DNA from: Candidatus Omnitrophota bacterium
GTDB taxonomy: Bacteria > Omnitrophota > Gorgyraeia > Gygaellales > Profunditerraquicolaceae
Direction of reading: 5' to 3'
Assembly: GCA_003598025.1 (NCBI GenBank)
Contig: QZKH01000003.1
Coordinates: 375,221-439,220 of the forward strand
DNA: 64,000 bases
Shown here: one piece after another, positions 21,234-31,715 of the stretch
How positions within the stretch are numbered: the first letter of the stretch is position 1
How the letters are laid out: every line of letters starts with the position of its first letter
The notes under the pieces: generated by a model
The model's database searches: none
The model's input: only the letters and a program-made list of their open reading frames with translations
Told to the model about the DNA's origin: nothing
Position numbers and translations under genes: made by a program

Positions 21234-22521
21234 AGATAAAGCCTGTTTTCTTCATCATATGCGGATCATAGATATTGCGGCCATCAATGATCAAAGGCCT
21301 CTTGAGCAGTTTTTTAACTCTAAGAAAATTCAGCTCTTTGAATTCCGGCCATTCAGTAAGAACTAACAGGCAGTCGCTTCCCTGGCAGACCTGATATGGC
21401 CCGGAACAAAATCTTATGCCTTTTAATACTCCCTTGGCCTTGTCCATAGACTGAGGATCGTAGACACGTAAATGCGCGCCTTCCTGCTTAAGCGCCTTAA
21501 TGATCTCAATCGAAGGCGCATTTCTTATATCATCGGTATTCGGTTTAAAAGACAAGCCGAGCACGCCGATAGTCTTATCCTTTATTATCCATAAATTATC
21601 TCTTATTTTCTTAAGATATGCGCTCCTTTGGGTCTGGTTCACTTCTCTTACTGCCTTAAGTAATTTAAAATCATACCCTAACTTTCCGGAAATATTAACA
21701 AAAGCATCCAAGTCTTTAGGAAAACATGATCCCCCGTAACCTATACCTGGTTTTAAGAAATCCGGGCTTATCCTTTTATCTAAACCCATGCCTTCTGCTA
21801 CTTCTTCTACATCGGCACCGACTCTGTCGCATATATCAGATATGGCGTTTATAAAGGATATTTTTGTGGCTAAAAAAGAATTAGAGGCATGCTTTATAAG
21901 CTCTGCTGACTTTATATCCGTAACCACGATCCGTGCGTTAAGCGGCCTGTATAAATTCATAAGCATTTCTTTGGCCTGCCTCGATTCCACACCTATAACT
22001 ATCCTGTCCGGATTCATAAAATCATTTATAGCCTGGCCCTCTCTTAAGAATTCGGGGTTAGAAGCAACATCAAAACTTATTTTTCGCTTTAAATTAAGCT
22101 CTATTGTCTCCTGCACCCATTTGCCCGTTTCAACTGGAACGGTAGATTTTTCCACAATCAGATGGTAATCATCTCTTTTCTTCAAAGAAGACAGGCTGGC
22201 AGCTATGCTTCTTGCTACATTCTCAATATAGGTTAAATCAGCTTCCCCGTTCTCCATCGAAGGAGTGCCTACAGCAATAAATGTTATAACGGTCTTAGAA
22301 ACAGCTTCTCTTATATTGGTTGTAAACTTAAGCCTCTTCTTTTTTAAATTGTTTATAATCAGCTCTTTCAAGCCCGGCTCATATATAGGTATAATACTCT
22401 TTTTTAAGCTGGATATCTTTTTAGAGTCATTATCAACGCAGATTACGTGGTTGCCAAGCTCTGCAAGGCAGGCTCCGGTGACCAAGCCAACATACCCTGC
22501 TCCGATTATAGAAATATTCAT
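21196..22521 (-). CDS. ugd: UDP-glucose 6-dehydrogenase
   Basis: MNISIIGAGYVGLVTGACLAELGH and a catalytic-Cys region GGSCFPKD. Confidence 0.8.
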   Translation of the reverse strand: MNISIIGAGYVGLVTGACLAELGNHVICVDNDSKKISSLKKSIIPIYEPGLKELIINNLKKKRLKFTTNIREAVSKTVITFIAVGTPSMENGEADLTYIENVARSIAASLSSLKKRDDYHLIVEKSTVPVETGKWVQETIELNLKRKISFDVASNPEFLREGQAINDFMNPDRIVIGVESRQAKEMLMNLYRPLNARIVVTDIKSAELIKHASNSFLATKISFINAISDICDRVGADVEEVAEGMGLDKRISPDFLKPGIGYGGSCFPKDLDAFVNISGKLGYDFKLLKAVREVNQTQRSAYLKKIRDNLWIIKDKTIGVLGLSFKPNTDDIRNAPSIEIIKALKQEGAHLRVYDPQSMDKAKGVLKGIRFCSGPYQVCQGSDCLLVLTEWPEFKELNFLRVKKLLKRPLIIDGRNIYDPHMMKKTGFIYVCMGRGRFSKR

Positions 22522-22549
22522 TACTTCCTTCCTTTCATGAAACTAGTTT

Positions 22550-24742
22550 TTATTGAGATTGAGACCCTGTTTTAGGCCCGTGATAACTCTGATTAAACCC
22601 AAATTCTGTTTCAGGGAACGCTTTAAGCCTGAAAATAAGCCAGATTGTCTCGCCTTCGTCTCTTTTAACATTATAAGTGAGATCCCATGACCAGCAATGC
22701 AGGTCCCGGGATATTGTATACTCCTGTTCATTTAATCCTTTAGCTACAGAAGTATCGCTGCCTATGTTACTTCTCAAATAAGCAGAAAATTTCCATTTCG
22801 GATTTAACCTCCAGTTTAAGCTCTGGGTTATTTCATCAGAGCCCTTCCTCTCATAACGCTGCCCGATGCCGATAGCACGATCATTTCCGAAATTAAAATT
22901 GATATCGTAATTAATGCTAGAGAACTTACCGTAATTCGGGTCGCTGTTACGGTCTCCAGAGTGTTCCCAGGTGGCATCGGAATCAATGCTCAGCCACGAA
23001 TAAGGATGGAGCTCCATTTCAAAAAGTATATCCGAAAGATAACTCCCTGTTTTGACTCCGGAATCAGGTTTGTTGTAATATATGGAGGAGACTCTAAAGT
23101 CCGCCAGATCAACGGAAATATTATCGCGCTTCGTTTGGAATTTGTTCGAAATCCCCAAAGTCACGGAATTGTTTTGAGCGATTGAATCTATAGAATCAAT
23201 CTGTTTTAGCTGCGAACTCTTTACTGTAGGCTCATGATTATAGGCATATCCTATAGTAGGCGTGATAATATGCCTTAATTTATCTATATCTAGCTTCAGG
23301 AAATTTGTTTTTACATCAAATATACGGAAAAATTTTGTGCTCAAATCCGCTCCCGTATAAAAAATAGTCCTGGGATGCACACTTGAGTTGCCTATGTCGC
23401 TGCTATAAAAAGTTTCGCGGTTCATCACAAAAGGGGTAAATTTCACGAAACTCACCTTCATCGGCAAAGAAAATTTATTAGTCGTATCAAACCTGGACAT
23501 CTGGATATCATTATTAGAGTCTGAAGGGACTGCGTACTTATAATTAAAATTTGCTGCCTGGGAAGTATGTTCGTAATAAACCGAAGAATTCCCTACCTGG
23601 ATACTGGGCAAAGAGTAATTGACCTCCGGCAGCTTCTCCAATTGAGTGTACCAGCGGTTGACACGTTTCTGCAACAGCAGGTCCAGGCTGGAATTGGTGA
23701 AATTACGGTGCACCTGCACATAAGACAAAGGCTGGGAATCCTTTTCATATTCACGATAGAAATAATCCTTTAAGAAATTATTATCTGAACCAATTATTAT
23801 CCTTTTGGAATCAGTTATTTTATAATACTCCGAAGTCAAATCTGTGTTTCTGTCAATATCCCATTTATGGCGCCAGCGGATCAGATATCTTTCAAATTCA
23901 GCAGGCGTGCCTTGCTCTAGCGTGTTATCCCTTTCCTGTGTATAATAATATTTAAAATCGCCTTTCCCGAATAAATCCTTTGTAACATAGTTTGCGCCGA
24001 ATCCCTCGGCAACACCAAGCCTTGAACGGTAATCAGCATATATCCTGCCGCTGACTGTATCACTGAGGTTATAACGCCATGCCGTCAAAATATACGGGCC
24101 CCAATCTTTGCTTTTACCCGGAGTAACCTGCACATGCATTAAGGGGTCTTTCAAGCTGTGGTTAAACCTGGGCAGGTACATTATAGGGATCTTGCCGATT
24201 AAAAATACATCATTCTTAGTCTGGATTTTATCATCGGGAAACACATTTATCTTGCCTGATTTTATCCTGTAATGCGGATTATCAAAACTGCAGCTGCTGG
24301 CATAACCGTCTAAAGCAATGAATTCTTTCTCGCTAGGCTTATCAACTCTGGCAGCTTTGCCAAAATAGGGGTTTGACCTGAATTCCGCATCCATAATTAC
24401 ACCTGTCTTGGAATCCAGGTTGTATATTATCTTCTTACCTTCAACAGTACCCTGCTTATCATCTAACCTGACATTACCTTCAGCGACCGCATCTTTTGTA
24501 ACAGTATCTACGGTGATCTTATCACAAGTAAGCTTTGAACCCTTGTAGGTTATTGAAACATTGCCCGAAGCTACGACTTCGTTTTTTTCCGTAGCATACT
24601 CTAGAACATCCGCATTAACTATAACCGGCTTATTATCTTTAGCCTCCTCGGCTGATGCTCCCGAAAAAACCAACAAGCAAAGTATCGTTAATAATACTTT
24701 GCTTATGGCCCTCATTTTAGAATAATCTATTGGCATTATCAA
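22550..24742 (-). CDS. lptD: LPS-assembly outer-membrane protein LptD (OstA family)
   Basis: Signal peptide, N-terminal OstA/LptD-N beta-jellyroll, then a large beta-barrel rich in aromatic and Gly residues. 730 aa. Confidence 0.75.
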   Translation of the reverse strand: MIMPIDYSKMRAISKVLLTILCLLVFSGASAEEAKDNKPVIVNADVLEYATEKNEVVASGNVSITYKGSKLTCDKITVDTVTKDAVAEGNVRLDDKQGTVEGKKIIYNLDSKTGVIMDAEFRSNPYFGKAARVDKPSEKEFIALDGYASSCSFDNPHYRIKSGKINVFPDDKIQTKNDVFLIGKIPIMYLPRFNHSLKDPLMHVQVTPGKSKDWGPYILTAWRYNLSDTVSGRIYADYRSRLGVAEGFGANYVTKDLFGKGDFKYYYTQERDNTLEQGTPAEFERYLIRWRHKWDIDRNTDLTSEYYKITDSKRIIIGSDNNFLKDYFYREYEKDSQPLSYVQVHRNFTNSSLDLLLQKRVNRWYTQLEKLPEVNYSLPSIQVGNSSVYYEHTSQAANFNYKYAVPSDSNNDIQMSRFDTTNKFSLPMKVSFVKFTPFVMNRETFYSSDIGNSSVHPRTIFYTGADLSTKFFRIFDVKTNFLKLDIDKLRHIITPTIGYAYNHEPTVKSSQLKQIDSIDSIAQNNSVTLGISNKFQTKRDNISVDLADFRVSSIYYNKPDSGVKTGSYLSDILFEMELHPYSWLSIDSDATWEHSGDRNSDPNYGKFSSINYDINFNFGNDRAIGIGQRYERKGSDEITQSLNWRLNPKWKFSAYLRSNIGSDTSVAKGLNEQEYTISRDLHCWSWDLTYNVKRDEGETIWLIFRLKAFPETEFGFNQSYHGPKTGSQSQ

Positions 24743-25671
24743 TTTCTCTTCATTAAACTTTGCTTCACGAGGATACCTGCGCCTATTAAACCAGCGTCAT
24801 TGCCCAGCATGGCCTTAATTACCTTAACATGGCGCGCCTGCACAACCATAGCCCTGTCCTTGACTGTTCTTCTGACTTCATCAAATAAAACTTTTCCGGC
24901 ATTACTTACCCCTCCGCCAATAACAATACAATCAGGATTAAGAAGGTTTACTATCCCGCTTAAAACAATGCCCAGCTGCCGGCCGGAATCTCTCCAGATT
25001 TTTTTAGCAATACCGTTATCAGCCTTTGACATACGGCTTAATTCTTCAAGACTCACCTGGCGCCCGAAAGCATTCTTTGCTTTCCCCATAATCACCTTAT
25101 TACCTATATAGGTCTCTAAACATGCGTAAGAGCCGCAATTACATTTAGCGCCTGCCTCATTAAGCGGCATATGACCTAACTCGCCTGCTGCGTTATTAAA
25201 TCCTCTATGCAACCTGCCATCAATTATCAACCCTCCGCCAACGCCTGTACCTAAAGTGATACAGACAGCTGTATTAGCTCCTTTAGCTGCCCCGGCATGG
25301 AACTCTGCCATCGCCATCAGTTTAGCGTCGTTATCAACAAATACATCCAACCCGAGTTTTTTTCTTAAGAGTTTTTTCAGCGGCACATCCCTCCATCCCG
25401 GGATGTTTGTCAGAGAATAAACTACGCCATTCTTAAAATCAACCGGACCAGGCAAACCTACTCCTACCCCTAATATCCTTTGATTATTCAACTTATTCCT
25501 GGACTTGATACCGCTGGCTTGATTTACTATCGCATGGATAAGGCTGTCTTTACTTTTAAAATCAGAGGTACTGGTAGAACTGCTATCGATTATATTATTG
25601 GCACTATCCAATAAAGCTGATTTTAGGTTGGTCCCCCCCACATCGAAGGCAATAATAAAATTTTGTTTCAT
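24739..25671 (-). CDS. ROK-family sugar kinase (glucokinase-like)
   Basis: DVGGTNLK motif and the Zn-binding CNCGSYACLE ROK signature. Confidence 0.75.
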   Translation of the reverse strand: MKQNFIIAFDVGGTNLKSALLDSANNIIDSSSTSTSDFKSKDSLIHAIVNQASGIKSRNKLNNQRILGVGVGLPGPVDFKNGVVYSLTNIPGWRDVPLKKLLRKKLGLDVFVDNDAKLMAMAEFHAGAAKGANTAVCITLGTGVGGGLIIDGRLHRGFNNAAGELGHMPLNEAGAKCNCGSYACLETYIGNKVIMGKAKNAFGRQVSLEELSRMSKADNGIAKKIWRDSGRQLGIVLSGIVNLLNPDCIVIGGGVSNAGKVLFDEVRRTVKDRAMVVQARHVKVIKAMLGNDAGLIGAGILVKQSLMKRN

Positions 25672-25721
25672 AGCGAATTATTTTATATTAAATGGCACCT
25701 AAAATCAATAAATATCTGAAG

Positions 25722-26729
25722 TTACACACATGAGTCGTCATAGACACACACTTTATCCCTGCCTGAATCCTTAGCCCTGTACAATGCCTTATCAGCCCTA
25801 TCAATCATAGTCTTGGCATCTTTGGCGTCATTGCGAAAAGTAGAGATCCCCACGCTTATGCTTACATTGATGGCTTCATCATAAACATTGACCCGTTTAT
25901 TTCTTACAGCTTCTCGTATGCGCTCGGCAGCAAATTTTGCTTTTGAGCTGTCGGTCTCAGTCAAAATTATAAGAAATTCTTCGCCTCCGTACCTGCCGAC
26001 AAGGTCAATCTGCCGGGAATTGTCTCTTATGGCTTTTGAAATCTCCCTCAATATAGCATCACCCACCAAATGCCCGTAATGGTCATTTATATCCTTAAAA
26101 TTATCTATATCAACCATAAGCAGGGAGAATTGATACTTCATCTTTCTCGAACGCTCAAGCTCTTCCTGCAGCCTTTCAAAGCAGTATTTTCTGCTGAAGG
26201 CCTGTGTTAAAGTATCGGTTATCGCCAACTCCTGTATTTTTTCATAAAAATACGCCCTCTTAAATCCCAGCAAAAACTGCTGGCCGAGAATATTAAATTT
26301 ATCTTTATCTTCATCCGATACACCGCTAACGCCCAAGTGGCCGATATTCTTGTTCCCGAGCTTAAGGGGCATGATTGAATAACCTTCATATTTTGATAGA
26401 TCATCTTCTGCCTGAATAAATTTACAGTCTTGCACTTTTATATAACTATTGATATGGCTGCTAAAGAGTTCAAATACGCGCTCTTTCTCGAGGCTTTTGC
26501 ATATTTGTTTAGTAATATCATAAAGCGCTATGGTATCATGTAGTTCCTTCTCCAAAATAGAGCTTTCTTTTTTCTGCCTGATATCTTCCTGGATTAGGCC
26601 GTTATAATCGTTCTGGAAATTAGAATAATCTCTGGCAGATTTTTGATATATCACGGCAAACTCTTTTTTGATACGAAGATAGAGCGCCCATGTGAATATT
26701 AACAGAATAATTACTTTTATTATCATCAT
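25722..26729 (-). CDS. Membrane-anchored diguanylate cyclase (GGDEF domain)
   Basis: N-terminal TM helix and RYGGEEF with the full GGDEF domain signature. Confidence 0.8.
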   Translation of the reverse strand: MMIIKVIILLIFTWALYLRIKKEFAVIYQKSARDYSNFQNDYNGLIQEDIRQKKESSILEKELHDTIALYDITKQICKSLEKERVFELFSSHINSYIKVQDCKFIQAEDDLSKYEGYSIMPLKLGNKNIGHLGVSGVSDEDKDKFNILGQQFLLGFKRAYFYEKIQELAITDTLTQAFSRKYCFERLQEELERSRKMKYQFSLLMVDIDNFKDINDHYGHLVGDAILREISKAIRDNSRQIDLVGRYGGEEFLIILTETDSSKAKFAAERIREAVRNKRVNVYDEAINVSISVGISTFRNDAKDAKTMIDRADKALYRAKDSGRDKVCVYDDSCV

Positions 26730-26730
26730 A

Positions 26731-27699
26731 TTAAGAGAAAATTACCGTTTTATTCCTGCCGCTTTTTTTAGCGTCATATAGGGCTTTATCAGCTTTAAAT
26801 AAAAGATCCTCTTCTTCCGTAGAATCTTTCGGGCAGGAAGCAACGCCTATAGAAACAGTCACATTGGTAGGCTGCCTGCGCAAAACAAGCTTGAGATGCC
26901 CGATTGCTTTTCTTAGATTTTCAGCGGCAGCAAATGCTTCCTCCTTGTCCCTGTGAGTAAGCGCGATACAAAACTCTTCGCCTCCAAAACGGCATAATAT
27001 TGGTTCATACTCTGCAAGGTTCTCAGAAATACATTGTGTCAGCCTTTTTAAGACCAGGTCGCCAGCTGTATGGCCGTAGGTATCGTTATATTTCTTAAAG
27101 AAATCTATATCCAGCATAAGGATAGACAAGGGCTTCTTCTGGCGCAGACTTCTCTTTAATTCCTCTTTTAATCTGTCGATAAAATATTCTTTGCGGTAAA
27201 AAGAAGTAAGCCCGTCGCGTATTGCCAGCTCCTGCGTCCTCTGGAACAACTGTCCGTTCTCAATCGCAATTGCCCCGAAATCACTGATCGTTGCAAGAAA
27301 TCGCAAGTCATCCTGGGCAAAGGTGCCCGGACCGGGATTATCGATCCTTAATAAAGCAATAAACCTGTTCTCGCTGATTAACGGCGCGCTGATAAGACTG
27401 GAAATATGCCTGGAATGTTCTGCTTCAAGCCGGTTCAAATCAAAACGGAAATCATTCTTTATATCCTCTATCAAAAGCGGATTAGCGTGTTTAAGAACCC
27501 AGGTATCAAACAAGTCCCCCTCTTTAGCCTTTATAACAAGTTTACTGTCTTCTTTCATTGACTTAAATAACCGTAGTTTTACGTTTTCATGCGGCTCAAC
27601 CAGGTATAATATGCACGTACCCCTGCCCTTAGCTACTTCTTTAGAAGCAATGGAAACCAGCCTATCCGAGACATAATCCAAAGATAACTCAGAATTCAA
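26731..27699 (-). CDS. GAF-GGDEF diguanylate cyclase. The ORF as given starts at TTG, and the in-frame upstream segment encodes a TM helix (see findings).
   Basis: RFGGEEF GGDEF domain with a GAF-like sensor region before it. Confidence 0.7.
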   Translation of the reverse strand: MNSELSLDYVSDRLVSIASKEVAKGRGTCILYLVEPHENVKLRLFKSMKEDSKLVIKAKEGDLFDTWVLKHANPLLIEDIKNDFRFDLNRLEAEHSRHISSLISAPLISENRFIALLRIDNPGPGTFAQDDLRFLATISDFGAIAIENGQLFQRTQELAIRDGLTSFYRKEYFIDRLKEELKRSLRQKKPLSILMLDIDFFKKYNDTYGHTAGDLVLKRLTQCISENLAEYEPILCRFGGEEFCIALTHRDKEEAFAAAENLRKAIGHLKLVLRRQPTNVTVSIGVASCPKDSTEEEDLLFKADKALYDAKKSGRNKTVIFS

Positions 27700-28061
27700 T
27701 TCTTCAAGTATATGTTTGAGGTTGCTGTAACGCTTTATTTTCTCAGAGATAGAATCGGAGAATTTAAAATTCCGTAGGATCTCATCTTTAAGGACATTGA
27801 TTTTTTCCTGGGTATGCTGGCTCTTTATTTCAAATGCATTTCTCTTTTTAATAGCCCTGCTTAACAGGAAAAAAATAAGGATAGCATGAACGAGGTAGAA
27901 AACCAGCAGTAATATAAACGAAGGCTCTTTAGGTAAGTGGATTACAATAACCGGTAGGAAGACATAGAAGGCTAAATATATAAGTATATTCTTAAAAACT
28001 ATTCGGGCTTTCGTATCTTAATTCCCAGTTTTAACAATTATTAGTAAATGCTTGATAAATA

Positions 28062-29165
28062 CTAGACTATCGTCTCTTCAGTGACTTTATCGAAGAAGTG
28101 AGCTTTGCTCATATCAAAAACAAGATCCATATCCTGGTTAACCTGCGGTTTATCATGCGCGCCTACCCTGGCTATAAAAGTATGATTGCCGGTATTTAAG
28201 TACAGGAATACTTCCGAACCCATAGTCTCAAAAACCTCGCAATTCACCGTAACCACATTACCCGGAGGGGCGTCTGATACAAAAAGTTTGTCATATATAT
28301 CTTCAGACCTTATGCCGAAAATTATATCTTTGCCTACGTAGGCAGTAAGCTTCTTATACATATCCTCGACTACTTTTACACAGATCTTGCCTTCGTCAAA
28401 ATAGATCCTGCCTTCCTTCTTTATCAGTTTTCCTTCCATAAAATTCATCGGGGGAGAACCGATAAATCCGGCGACAAATTTATTCTTAGGATGGTCATAA
28501 ACCTCTATCGGATCAGCTACCTGGTGGATTACGCCGCCCTTCATTACCGCTATCCTGTTGCCCATGGTCATAGCCTCAACCTGGTCATGGGTAACATAAA
28601 TTATCGTTGTCTGTATCCTGATATGCAGTTTATGGATTTCGGTGCGCATCTGTACCCTTAACTTCGCATCCAGGTTGCTTAAAGGTTCATCAAACAAAAA
28701 TGCAAGGGGTTTTCTTACTATTGCCCGGCCTACGGCTACGCGCTGCCTCTCTCCGCCGGATAACTCACGCGGCCTGCGGCCAAGTAAATGTTTGATCCCC
28801 AGGATATCTGCTGCTTCATTTACGCGGGAGATGACTTCGGATTTCGGATAACGACGCAGTTTCAGGCCAAAAGCCATATTTTCAAATACGGTCATATGCG
28901 GGTATAATGCGTAATTCTGAAAAACCATGGCAATGTCCCTGTCTTTTGCCGGGACATTATTGACCATCTTATCTCCTATAAATATATTACCCTGGCTTAT
29001 CTCTTCGAGCCCGGCTATCATCCGCAGGGTGGTGGACTTACCGCAGCCTGAAGGGCCGACCAGCACCATGAATTCTTTGCTCTCAACGCCAAGGTTTAAA
29101 TTATCTACAACTTTTGTCCCATTAGGGAAAATCTTTGAAACATTCTGAAGGCTTACCTGAGACAT
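28062..29165 (-). CDS. ABC transporter ATP-binding protein, MalK/UgpC/MsiK type with a C-terminal TOBE domain. No permease genes are nearby.
   Basis: Walker A GPSGCGKST, ABC signature LSGGERQR, Walker B FLFDEPLSNLD. 367 aa. Confidence 0.8.
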   Translation of the reverse strand: MSQVSLQNVSKIFPNGTKVVDNLNLGVESKEFMVLVGPSGCGKSTTLRMIAGLEEISQGNIFIGDKMVNNVPAKDRDIAMVFQNYALYPHMTVFENMAFGLKLRRYPKSEVISRVNEAADILGIKHLLGRRPRELSGGERQRVAVGRAIVRKPLAFLFDEPLSNLDAKLRVQMRTEIHKLHIRIQTTIIYVTHDQVEAMTMGNRIAVMKGGVIHQVADPIEVYDHPKNKFVAGFIGSPPMNFMEGKLIKKEGRIYFDEGKICVKVVEDMYKKLTAYVGKDIIFGIRSEDIYDKLFVSDAPPGNVVTVNCEVFETMGSEVFLYLNTGNHTFIARVGAHDKPQVNQDMDLVFDMSKAHFFDKVTEETIV

Positions 29166-29240
29166 TTTTTATTCTTCCTCTTTAATTATTTATTGGTTTG
29201 TGAATTGAAGCCTATATTATAAACAATAAAATTTAGAAAA

Positions 29241-30080
29241 TCAACTCAAATAGTCAATCAACTGGGCCAAAGTGGCCTTCATATCTTTGCGGTTTACAAT
29301 CATGTCTATTAAACCGTGGTCAAGGAGAAATTCGGAACGCTGAAAACCCGGTGGAAGTTTTTGCCTTATCGTTTGCTCTATAACCCTGGGCCCGGTAAAC
29401 CCGATCAGTGCTTTTGGTTCTGCTATTATTATATCTCCTAACCCTGCAAACGATGCCATTATCCCTGCCATTGTCGGGTTGGTCAGGACCGATATAAAAG
29501 GAAGCCCTGCCTTATGATGATATGCCAGAGCAGCTGAAGTTTTCGACATCTGCATGAGGCTGAAAACCCCCTCATACATCCTGGCTCCTCCGCCGGAACC
29601 GGAAATGATTATTACCGGCAGCTTCTTTTTAGTAGCTGTTTCAATTACGCGGGTTATCTTCTCTCCGACAACCGAACCCATTGAACCCATGATGAACCTT
29701 GAATCTGTAACGGCGATCAAGGTATCTCTGCCGTCTATTAAACCTTGCCCTGTTATCACCGCATCTTTAAGCCCGGTCGCCTGCTGGTCCTGGGCCAGCT
29801 TTTCTTTGTATGTCTTCGGGCCTTTAAAATCCAGCGGGTCAAGCGAAGACATATCTTTGTCGGACTCCTGGAATGTTTCTTTATCTACAAGCAGGTTGAT
29901 CCTCTCCCAGGCAGTAAGCACAAAATGATAGCCGCATTTTGGGCAGACCTTCATGTTTTCATCAAGGGCCTTATTAAATAAAACCGCTGAACAGCTCTCG
30001 CACTTAGTCCAGAGCCCTTCAGGTATTTCCTTCTTTTTAAGCCTTACTATTGTATATTTTGGTTTTCCAAAAATAGCCAT
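29241..30080 (-). CDS. accD: Acetyl-CoA carboxylase carboxyltransferase beta subunit
   Basis: N-terminal Zn ribbon CESC...CPKC plus the carboxyltransferase domain. 279 aa. Confidence 0.85.
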   Translation of the reverse strand: MAIFGKPKYTIVRLKKKEIPEGLWTKCESCSAVLFNKALDENMKVCPKCGYHFVLTAWERINLLVDKETFQESDKDMSSLDPLDFKGPKTYKEKLAQDQQATGLKDAVITGQGLIDGRDTLIAVTDSRFIMGSMGSVVGEKITRVIETATKKKLPVIIISGSGGGARMYEGVFSLMQMSKTSAALAYHHKAGLPFISVLTNPTMAGIMASFAGLGDIIIAEPKALIGFTGPRVIEQTIRQKLPPGFQRSEFLLDHGLIDMIVNRKDMKATLAQLIDYLS

Positions 30081-30081
30081 A

Positions 30082-31359
30082 TTATAATTTGTTGATTAAT
30101 AACCCGGATAAAAGCTTCGGATAAAAAAAAGTCGACTTAGCAGGCATCTTTTCTCCTTCCAGGGCGACTGACATTATTTGCTCTATTTTAACAGGATTTA
30201 AGAAAAAACCAATTGAAGTTTTATCTTTGGCAAGCTCATCCAGGAGTTCATCCTGATTATGATAATATGATATTCTCTCTGCTTCCTTAGAAGCAAAACC
30301 CAGGATCTTTTCAAAAACAAGGTGGTTCAACACAGAGACATCAAGAGTCCTGTAAACTTTAGGTTTGTCTGATATAAGTTTATCCAGTATTTTGACGTTC
30401 TTGAGCCTCATAAACCAGAAAGCCCCGTGAATGCAGGCTCCGATTGCATGTTCGTTTCTGGCGGCTTTCTCAAGAAGGTAAAAAAGCTGGGCTTTGTCTT
30501 TAATGGGTTCAACGGCGAAAAATTCCTTCAATTGTGTAATGAAATGCTCCGTATTGAAATTAGGCCCGACTATAACCCGCCTATGGATAGGGAGTATGGT
30601 CAAGCCAAGTGAATTTGCGCTGGTAAAATATGCCATCGTATAGTCAACCGGTTCATCATCGCTTAGTTTATCCGCATGCTTTTTTCTTACCATGTCCCTG
30701 TAAGCGCATGACACCTCATAACGATGATGACCATCTGCAATAAAAGTGTCTTCATGTGAAATAGCAGATTGTACAGAAGCAATAACGTCCGGTGAATCAA
30801 TGCGCCAGACCTTATGTTCTGTCCCTTCCTCATCTTTTAAGTCTATGAATGGGGCCTGTGTTGATATTGCCTGGTTAAAGATACGGGTTACAATCCTGTT
30901 TTTGTCCGGGAATACTATAAATATCGGGCTTAGGTTAGCCTTAACTGCGCTCATAAGCTTAAACCTGTCCTCTATTGCCTGGTGGCGGGTATGTTCGTGC
31001 TTAAAAACCTTGGAGCTGCCTTCTTCCAGGCGCAAGAGGGCGATAAACCCTAGCCTGATTTTACTTTCTCCTCTTAGCTTATACCGCTGGCTGTAAAAAT
31101 ATATCGCCGGAGATACATCCTGGCAAAACACAGCTTCTTTCACCCAGCTCTGAAAATATTCCTGGGCCTTCTTATATTTGTCTTCTTGTGGGGTATCCTT
31201 ACCCAGTAGTATATGGATAAGGTTATTTTTATGCTTTTGATGGAAATACTCCTGTTTCTCTTTTGATATGACATCGTAAGGCGGGCAGACAACTGATGCT
31301 ATATCTTTGATCTTATCTTTATTATAAACTAATGCCTTAAAAGGTTTTATCCGGGTCAT
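30082..31359 (-). CDS. DUF1015 family protein
   Basis: N-terminal KPFKALVYN matches the DUF1015 signature. 425 aa. Confidence 0.6.
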   Translation of the reverse strand: MTRIKPFKALVYNKDKIKDIASVVCPPYDVISKEKQEYFHQKHKNNLIHILLGKDTPQEDKYKKAQEYFQSWVKEAVFCQDVSPAIYFYSQRYKLRGESKIRLGFIALLRLEEGSSKVFKHEHTRHQAIEDRFKLMSAVKANLSPIFIVFPDKNRIVTRIFNQAISTQAPFIDLKDEEGTEHKVWRIDSPDVIASVQSAISHEDTFIADGHHRYEVSCAYRDMVRKKHADKLSDDEPVDYTMAYFTSANSLGLTILPIHRRVIVGPNFNTEHFITQLKEFFAVEPIKDKAQLFYLLEKAARNEHAIGACIHGAFWFMRLKNVKILDKLISDKPKVYRTLDVSVLNHLVFEKILGFASKEAERISYYHNQDELLDELAKDKTSIGFFLNPVKIEQIMSVALEGEKMPAKSTFFYPKLLSGLLINKL

Positions 31360-31715
31360 TTATAAAATAAATTTGTGAGAAAAACGCCTATGCTGTCATT
31401 AACAACATCAATCAACGCAGGCTCTCTTCCTAAGACAAAAGACTGATGCCATTCGTCAAGTATAGCATAAAACAGGCAAAAAATGAATATCCATAGGAAC
31501 CTCTGCGTATAGCTTAAGTTAAAATAAGCTATAACCGCCCTGTTGACAAAAAACGCAAGCACCGCATATTCAATTATATGCAGAATAATATCCTGGTTCT
31601 CGAATAATTCCGGTACATCATCTCCCGGTATCGAAGAAAGGTAGGATATAAGGCCCGCGCATAAAATTACGGGAAGCCAATAAATAATAAACTTAAGCAG
31701 TTTATTATTTTCCAT
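31356..31715 (-). CDS. VanZ-like membrane protein (start trimmed to the internal MENNKLL)
   Basis: LDEWHQSFVLGREP matches the VanZ family DExHQ motif. Three to four TM helices. The longer ORF-track start overlaps fmdB. Confidence 0.5.
   Translation of the reverse strand: MENNKLLKFIIYWLPVILCAGLISYLSSIPGDDVPELFENQDIILHIIEYAVLAFFVNRAVIAYFNLSYTQRFLWIFIFCLFYAILDEWHQSFVLGREPALIDVVNDSIGVFLTNLFYK

Noticed and set aside
22543-22731. 62-aa ORF overlapping the lptD 3' end
   Set aside because: It is nested in a different frame within lptD. No SD and no homology.
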